From: an uncultured Gemmatimonadota bacterium | GTDB taxonomy: Bacteria; GCA-2686955 | Reading direction: 5' to 3' | DNA length: 20,000 nt | NCBI GenBank assembly: GCA_964490075.1 | Contig: CAZBBK010000021.1 | Coordinates: 52,664 to 72,663, forward strand | Shown here: positions 14,846-20,000 of the stretch, one piece after another | Layout: each line of letters starts with the position of its first letter | Numbering within the stretch: position 1 is the stretch's first letter | The notes under the pieces: model-generated | What the model was told of the DNA's origin: nothing | What the model saw: only the letters and a program-made list of their open reading frames with translations | Databases searched by the model: none | Program-made: the position numbers and the translations under genes

Positions 14846-15550
14846 TCAAAGGGTCGCCGCTCGGATGGCGATTTCGAGCTGCTCCGGAGTCGGCGCCCGG
14901 GTGCAATCGTCGCGGATCTCCAACTCGACCCAGGGCAACCCCGACGCCGCGCCATGGCTGGCGATCGAGTAGGTCTTGCCGTCGAAGCCGGAATAGGGTT
15001 CGTTTTCGCGCACTTCGCGCCCGCTCGCGCGCAGCGCGCCGACGATTCGCCGCACCTGGCTGGTTCGCCCCTGGTGGAGCACACCGAAGAGAAAGGGGCG
15101 CACTTCGGTGCCGAGGCGGCGGGTGAAGGTGTGGATGCTGACCAGCAGAGAGAGCGAAGGGTTGTTCGAGATCTGCGCTGCCAGCGCGCGATGGTAGGGT
15201 CCATACCAGTGGCGCAGACGACGGCTGCGTTCCGGCGCGTCGATCTCGGCGTTGAACCGAATTCCGTAGCCGGCGACCTCGCGAACCAGGAGCTCCGGAT
15301 CGTCCGGATGACGATTGGGGTCGATCCACAGCCTCGAGAAGGCGGCCAGCACGGCGGGCGCGCCAAAACGTCGGGCCAGGTCGCGGGTGAGCGTCGCCGC
15401 AGCGCGGTCGTATGCCCAGTGGCTGTTGCGCAGGGCGCGCGGCAGACCGAGGGCCGCCGCCTCGGCGGGCAGCGCGGGACTGGCATGCTCGCAGCTAAAC
15501 AGCACCGGAGGCCGCGGATGGCTCGCTGCGATGATCTCAACGGCGTTCAT
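14846..15550 (-). CDS. N-formylglutamate amidohydrolase family protein
   Basis: LFSCEHAS, HWAYD, FSRLWIDPNR, YGPYHRAL, VSIHTFT, ENEPYS, HG, ELEIRDD. Start is ATG 15550 or GTG 15577. Confidence 0.88.
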   Translation of the reverse strand: MNAVEIIAASHPRPPVLFSCEHASPALPAEAAALGLPRALRNSHWAYDRAAATLTRDLARRFGAPAVLAAFSRLWIDPNRHPDDPELLVREVAGYGIRFNAEIDAPERSRRLRHWYGPYHRALAAQISNNPSLSLLVSIHTFTRRLGTEVRPFLFGVLHQGRTSQVRRIVGALRASGREVRENEPYSGFDGKTYSIASHGAASGLPWVELEIRDDCTRAPTPEQLEIAIRAATL

Positions 15551-15594
15551 CGCTTGCCGATCCTGGCCGGAAAGCACCTCGTGGGAGCCGCCGC

Positions 15595-16905
15595 GTGAGG
15601 CGCGCCCTCTTCGTCTCGTGCTTCTTCCCTCCCATGGGAGGCGGCGGTGTGCAACGAATCGTCAAGCTCTTGCGCTACTTGCCGCGGGAGAGGTGGAGCA
15701 CCGAGGTGCTGGCGATGGCGCCGCGGCCGGGCGAGGAAAGGGATCTCGAGGGCGCCCGGCAGCTTCCCGAGGGGCTGGTGGTCCACCGCGTGGCTTCGCC
15801 CCTGCCCACCAGCCCACCGGGGCGCACCCGCCGAGGCAGCTCCGCGGCCCGTCCCGACCGCCTTTATCACCTGGCCCGCACCGCGGCCGGACTGCTCTGC
15901 ACGCCCGATGTCTATCTGCCCTGGTCGCTGCGGGCGCGCCGCAAGCTGGCGACTCTGCTGGGAAGCGGCCGCTTCGACGTCGTGGTGAGCACCTCGCCTC
16001 CCGATTCGGCCCACCTGGCCGTCGCGGCGGCGGCGCGTCGCCGGCGCGTCCCCTGGGTCGCCGACTTTCGCGATCCATGGACCCGGCGCATCCACTTCCA
16101 GCCACCCACGGCCGCGCATCGTGCGCTCGATTCCGCCCTCGAGGCGCGCGTGATCGGCGCCGCCGACGCCGTCGTGCTGGTCACCGAGCCGATGCGGAGT
16201 GATTTCGGCGCGCGCTACCCGGCGCGGGCCGCGCGCATGCACACCATCACCAACGGTTTCGATCCGGCGGACTATCCGGGCGCGCTGGACCGGGACCAGA
16301 TCGACCACGAACCCCGCCTGCGCTTGCTGCACACCGGCACGCTGACGCTGCGCCGCAACGCCGGCGCGCTGGTCGAGATGCTGGAAGGGCTCCGCTCGCA
16401 GCGCGGCGACCTCGAGCGTGCGCTGCAGATCGACTGCATCGGCGGCCGCGACGCGATCAACGATCGGCTGGTGCGGGCGGCGGGGCTGCAGGGAGTGATC
16501 CGCTTCCACCCCACTCAGAGCCACGCGGCGATCGTGCGGCGCCAGCGGCGAGCGCCGGCCCTGCTGCTGCTCGACGCCGGCGGCGCCGGCAGCGAGCTGA
16601 CCCTGCCGGGCAAGCTCTTCGAGTACCTGGGCGCGCGCCGTCCGGTCTTCGCGCTGGCCTCGGTCGAGGGCACCGGGGGCGTGCTGCGCCAGACCCGCGC
16701 CGGGGTCTGCTTCGCGCCGCACGACACCGAAGCGGCCGCCGCGGCTCTCGGCGACTGGATCGACGCCCAGCGCAGCGCTCCCCTGCCCTGGCGCGGAGAC
16801 GAGCGCGCCCTGGAGCGCTATCACCGTCCGCGGCTCGCCGAGCATTTCGCGCATCTGCTGGACGGGGTCAGTCGCGAATCAGCCGCAAGAACTCCTCGCG
16901 GGTAG
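15595..16905 (+). CDS. Glycosyltransferase family 4 (GT-B)
   Basis: [62 protein letters not shown] before GTG. Confidence 0.9.
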   Translation: MRRALFVSCFFPPMGGGGVQRIVKLLRYLPRERWSTEVLAMAPRPGEERDLEGARQLPEGLVVHRVASPLPTSPPGRTRRGSSAARPDRLYHLARTAAGLLCTPDVYLPWSLRARRKLATLLGSGRFDVVVSTSPPDSAHLAVAAAARRRRVPWVADFRDPWTRRIHFQPPTAAHRALDSALEARVIGAADAVVLVTEPMRSDFGARYPARAARMHTITNGFDPADYPGALDRDQIDHEPRLRLLHTGTLTLRRNAGALVEMLEGLRSQRGDLERALQIDCIGGRDAINDRLVRAAGLQGVIRFHPTQSHAAIVRRQRRAPALLLLDAGGAGSELTLPGKLFEYLGARRPVFALASVEGTGGVLRQTRAGVCFAPHDTEAAAAALGDWIDAQRSAPLPWRGDERALERYHRPRLAEHFAHLLDGVSRESAARTPRG

Positions 16906-17407
16906 GGCCTTCGCGAAATACGCCGAGCATGGCACTGGTGGTGACCGAGCTGTGCTGCTTCGAGACCCCCCGCATGCGCATGCACAGGTGCTGCGCCTCG
17001 ATCACCACGCCCACCCCCCGCGGGCCCAGCAGGCGATCCAGCTGGCCGGCGACCTCCTGCGTGAGCCGCTCCTGCACCTGCAGGCGGCGCGCGTACATGT
17101 CGACCAGGCGGGCGATCTTCGACAGTCCCACGATCTTGCCCTTGGGGATGTAGGCCACGTGCGCCTTGCCGATGAAGGGCAGCATGTGGTGCTCGCAGAG
17201 GCTGAAGATCTCGATGTCTCGAACCAGCACCATTTCGTCGTAGTTCACCGTGAACACCGCGGAGTTGAGGATCTCCTTGGGGTCCATGGAGTAGCCCGAG
17301 GTGAGGTGGCGCAGCGACTCCTCGACCCGCTTCGGGGTACGTCGCAGGCCGTCGCGGTCCGGGTCCTCACCCAGCTCGAGGAGCAGCTCTCGGATCAGGT
17401 CGTGCAT
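16868..17407 (-). CDS. folE: GTP cyclohydrolase I
   Basis: [58 protein letters not shown]. Confidence 0.97.
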   Translation of the reverse strand: MHDLIRELLLELGEDPDRDGLRRTPKRVEESLRHLTSGYSMDPKEILNSAVFTVNYDEMVLVRDIEIFSLCEHHMLPFIGKAHVAYIPKGKIVGLSKIARLVDMYARRLQVQERLTQEVAGQLDRLLGPRGVGVVIEAQHLCMRMRGVSKQHSSVTTSAMLGVFREGPTREEFLRLIRD

Positions 17408-17488
17408 CGAATCTGGCCGGTCTGGAGTGAAAAGGGGGGCGCACCATCACGGCGGCTGAACCGCGTAGCGTAGCCTACACTCCCTCCC

Positions 17489-19375
17489 ATGTCGCGCACC
17501 CATCACCAGCTGGTCCTGAGCGAAGGGGGATCGGAGCTGAGTGTCGCGCGCTTCCTCGAGCATCTGCCGCAGCAAAGCGGCGTCTACCTGATGTTCGACG
17601 CCGCCGAGCAGGTGATCTATGTCGGAAAGGCGCGCGATCTGAGCAAACGGGTGCGCTCCTACTTCCGCGGCGGAGTTACGCAGTCCGCCAAGGACCAGGC
17701 CCTGCGCCACCGCTTGGCCCGCATCGAGTGCCTGGTGACCGACACCGAGCCCGAGGCGTTGGTGCTCGAAGCCAGTCTGATCAAACACCATCGACCGCGC
17801 TACAACGTCTACCTCAAGGACGACAAATCGTACCCTTACATCCGGGTTTCTCAGGAGGAGTATCCGCGCCTGCGCAAAACCCGTCGCATCGTCCGCGACG
17901 GCTCGCGCTACTACGGCCCCTTCCCCTCGGTGCGCGACATGAGCGCGATGTTGAAGACCGCGAGCCGGCTCTTCTATGCCCGTTCCTGCGACGACAAGCT
18001 GCCCTTTGGGCCGCAGCGTCGCGAATGCCTCGACTACCACATCGGGCGTTGCCTGGCGCCCTGCACCGGGCGCATCTCGGCCGAGCGCTACCGGCAGATG
18101 GTCGAGCAGGCGGAGCGCCTGTTGGCGGGGCGCTCCGAGGGCCTGACCACCGAGCTGGAAGAGAAGATGCGGGACAGCGCCGAGAGCCTGGAGTTCGAGC
18201 GCGCGGCGATCCTGCGCGACCAGATTCGCGGCATCAAGCGCATGGCGGCCGCGCAACGGGTGGTGAGCGAAGGGCGCGAGGAGATCGACGTAGTCGCCCT
18301 CGCCGTGCGCCCCCCCTTGGTGCTGGTGGTGGTGTTCGAGGTGCGCTCCGGACGCATGGTGGGGCGCAAGGTCCAGCGTCTGAGCGCGGTCGAAGGATGG
18401 TCCGAGAGCGAGATTCTGGAGGCCTTCCTGCAGCAATTCTACCTGGGGGGACGCGACATTCCGCGCACCCTATGCGTCAACCACCCGCTGCACGATCCCG
18501 CCCTCCTGGTGGCCGCGCTCGGCCAGGCGAGCGGTGCCAAGGTGGAGCTGCTGCGCCCCCGACGCGGCGACCGGCGGCGCCTGGTCGAGATGGCCGAGGC
18601 GCACGGCCGGCAGCTCCTGCACGAGCACAGCCTGGCGCGCTCCGACGAATGGGCGCAGGATGCGCTGCGCGACCTGCGGGCGCGCCTCGATCTCGACGCC
18701 TTGCCGGTGCGGATCGAGGGCTTCGACATCTCCCACGTGCAAGGGAGCCATCCGGTCGGCGGCATGGTGGTGTTCTCCGACGGAGCCGCCGATCGCGGCG
18801 AGTACCGGCGCTTCAAGATCCGCGGCGAGCACGGCAACGACGATTTCGCCAACATGGGCGAGGTGATCGGGCGCCGCTACGCCCGGGTGCGCGCCGAGGG
18901 GCTCGAGCGGCCGGGGCTGATTCTGATCGACGGCGGCAAGGGGCAGCTCTCGGCGGCGCTGGATGCGCTGCGCGACCATGGGCTCGAGCATCTGCCGGTG
19001 TTCGCCCTGGCGAAGCGGCTCGAGGAACTCTTTCGCCCCGGCCAGGCACAGCCGATCGCGGTCTCGCCGGGCTCGCCGGGTCATCTGCTGCTGCGCCGGG
19101 TGCGCGACGAGGCCCACCGCTACGCGGTGAGCTACCACCGATCGCTGCGCACCAAGAGCGGCCTGGAGTCGGCGCTCGACGCGGTGCCCGGGGTGGGAGC
19201 CGACCGGCGCCGCCGTCTGCTGACCCGCTTCGGCTCGGTGGCGGCGATCGAGGCCGCCGGCTACGAGGCGCTGGCCCAGGTGCCCGGGATCGGGGCGACG
19301 CTGGCCCGCAGGATCCTGCTGCAGCTCTCCGGGCGACGGGCGGAGCGGGACGGCGAGGAGAGCGGCGGGAGCTGA
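17489..19375 (+). CDS. uvrC: Excinuclease ABC subunit C
   Basis: GIY-YIG domain GVYLM..IYVGKA, PRYNVYLKDDKSYPY, Cys motif C..CLDYHIGRCLAPC, UVR domain LEFERAAILRD, RIEGFDISH, IDGGKGQL, RDEAHRYA, C-terminal HhH VPGVG/VPGIG. Confidence 0.97.
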   Translation: MSRTHHQLVLSEGGSELSVARFLEHLPQQSGVYLMFDAAEQVIYVGKARDLSKRVRSYFRGGVTQSAKDQALRHRLARIECLVTDTEPEALVLEASLIKHHRPRYNVYLKDDKSYPYIRVSQEEYPRLRKTRRIVRDGSRYYGPFPSVRDMSAMLKTASRLFYARSCDDKLPFGPQRRECLDYHIGRCLAPCTGRISAERYRQMVEQAERLLAGRSEGLTTELEEKMRDSAESLEFERAAILRDQIRGIKRMAAAQRVVSEGREEIDVVALAVRPPLVLVVVFEVRSGRMVGRKVQRLSAVEGWSESEILEAFLQQFYLGGRDIPRTLCVNHPLHDPALLVAALGQASGAKVELLRPRRGDRRRLVEMAEAHGRQLLHEHSLARSDEWAQDALRDLRARLDLDALPVRIEGFDISHVQGSHPVGGMVVFSDGAADRGEYRRFKIRGEHGNDDFANMGEVIGRRYARVRAEGLERPGLILIDGGKGQLSAALDALRDHGLEHLPVFALAKRLEELFRPGQAQPIAVSPGSPGHLLLRRVRDEAHRYAVSYHRSLRTKSGLESALDAVPGVGADRRRRLLTRFGSVAAIEAAGYEALAQVPGIGATLARRILLQLSGRRAERDGEESGGS

Positions 19376-19580
19376 ACGCGGCCGAAGGGTGGAGCTGGCA
19401 CGCGCACCGCTCGACAGCGCGGGGCGACTCGCGGAGCTTCGGGGGCGATTCGCGGTAGGAATCGTGGGGCGGGACGAGACGCGGGCGCGCCGGCGGCGAG
19501 GATCTCGGCGCATGGGCCCGAAAGCACGCGAGTTTCCCCCCAGGAGCGCCGATTCTCGTTAGGGTGGACGATCGAACTCT

Positions 19581-19595
19581 TGGGACGCCGTTTGC
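19581..19595 (+). promoter_or_regulatory. Candidate sigma-54 (-24/-12) promoter
   Basis: TGGGAC-GCCGT-TTGC: one mismatch to TGGCAC-N5-TTGC with exact GG-N10-GC spacing, in intergenic DNA. Confidence 0.45.
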
Positions 19596-19645
19596 GTGGT
19601 CCGAGGAATCGGATCACCTGTGGCCGCGGATCTCAGCCCGCCCGG

Positions 19646-19669
19646 TGTCAGGATAGTTGCCGCCTGACA
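19646..19669. repeat. Perfect 7-bp inverted repeat TGTCAGG-N10-CCTGACA
   Basis: Read directly: tgtcagg atagttgccg cctgaca. Function unknown. Confidence 0.6.
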
Positions 19670-19707
19670 GGAGGGCTGCGACTGCGGAATTCGGCGGCAG
19701 GAGCAGG

Positions 19708-19956
19708 TGCGCGTTCCGGAAATTCTGGCCGGTCAATTCCGGAAATTCTGGCCGGTTGGTTCGGGCCCCGTTCGGGGGCGTTTTCGGCCAGGTGACGGGT
19801 CCGATATGAGGGTCCGTCGAGGATGATGAGGCGCCCGCGCTCGAGGATCCGATCGACGATGGCTTCGGCGAGGTCGGAGTCGTGAAGGTCCTCGCCCCAC
19901 TGCGAAAAGGGTGACTTGTTGGTGGTGAAGATCATCGGGCGCTTGCGGTGCCGATC
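19708..19956 (-). mobile_element. IS21-family insertion sequence remnant (right end)
   Basis: istB 3' fragment followed by two tandem 20-bp repeats and a TG (CA on the element strand) at 19708. IS21 ends characteristically have multiple subterminal repeats and CA termini. Boundary is inferred. Confidence 0.8.
19714..19756. repeat. Two identical 20-bp direct repeats TTCCGGAAATTCTGGCCGGT (19714-19733, 19737-19756)
   Basis: Read directly; period 23 bp; probable IstA-binding subterminal repeats. Confidence 0.9.
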
Positions 19957-20000
19957 CTGGTGGTCGGCGAGTCGGGCACCGGCAAGGAGCTGATCGCGCG
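19948..20000 (+). pseudogene. Sigma-54-dependent activator (NtrC-like AAA+) fragment beginning at Walker A; continues beyond window
   Basis: Translates VPILVVGESGTGKELIAR, the typical bEBP Walker A segment. In-frame TGA at 19912-19914, so the usual N-terminal domains are absent. Confidence 0.75.

Larger units (their letters stand above)
19648..19956 (-). pseudogene. istB: IstB ATPase C-terminal fragment
   Basis: DRHRKRPMIFTTNKSPFSQWGEDLHDSDLAEAIVDRILERGRLIILDGPSYR matches the IstB C-terminus. The in-frame sequence upstream of 19956 does not resemble IstB. The frame reads through the IS end to TGA at 19648. Confidence 0.85.

Noticed and set aside
14816..14849. Minus-strand TTGACC ... GATAAT sigma-70 promoter
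   Set aside because: Spacer is 22 bp, too long.
14752..15540. N-terminal 263-aa extension of the HD-like ORF, or a fusion with the amidohydrolase
   Set aside because: Overlaps the amidohydrolase in a different frame with non-protein-like composition; the amidohydrolase has its own stop at 14846.
19714..19756. Direct repeats as a CRISPR array or iterons
   Set aside because: Only two copies with a 3-bp gap, directly after istB; explained as IS21 terminal repeats.
1..20000. tRNA, rRNA, riboswitch, defence or toxin-antitoxin genes
   Set aside because: None recognisable by eye; the window is almost fully occupied by assignable CDSs. A covariance-model scan was not possible.

Overview
GC-rich bacterial window, mostly housekeeping. 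Left to right: (1) a minus-strand envelope operon (LpoB-family lipoprotein, COG3014-like lipoprotein, LPP20-like secreted protein running off the left edge); (2) a divergent 3-hydroxyacyl-CoA dehydrogenase / family III CoA-transferase pair; (3) a frameshifted thioredoxin-type arsenate reductase (arsC), whose frame is restored by a second copy of a 10-bp unit; (4) a complex I operon nuoA-B-[CD]-[EF]-G-H-I with two gene fusions that stops before nuoJ-N; (5) a convergent uncharacterised protein resembling a catalytically degenerate HD/HD-GYP fold with a 4-Cys C-terminal domain; (6) N-formylglutamate amidohydrolase, a GT4 glycosyltransferase, folE and uvrC; (7) at the right edge, an IS21-family end (istB 3' part plus tandem 20-bp repeats) joined through 9 bp of shared sequence to a headless sigma-54 activator fragment. 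I cannot claim a clearly new system. The best candidates for novelty are the degenerate HD-GYP-like protein, the doubly fused and truncated nuo operon, and the LpoB/COG3014/LPP20 module. All family calls come from motif recognition, not database searches.
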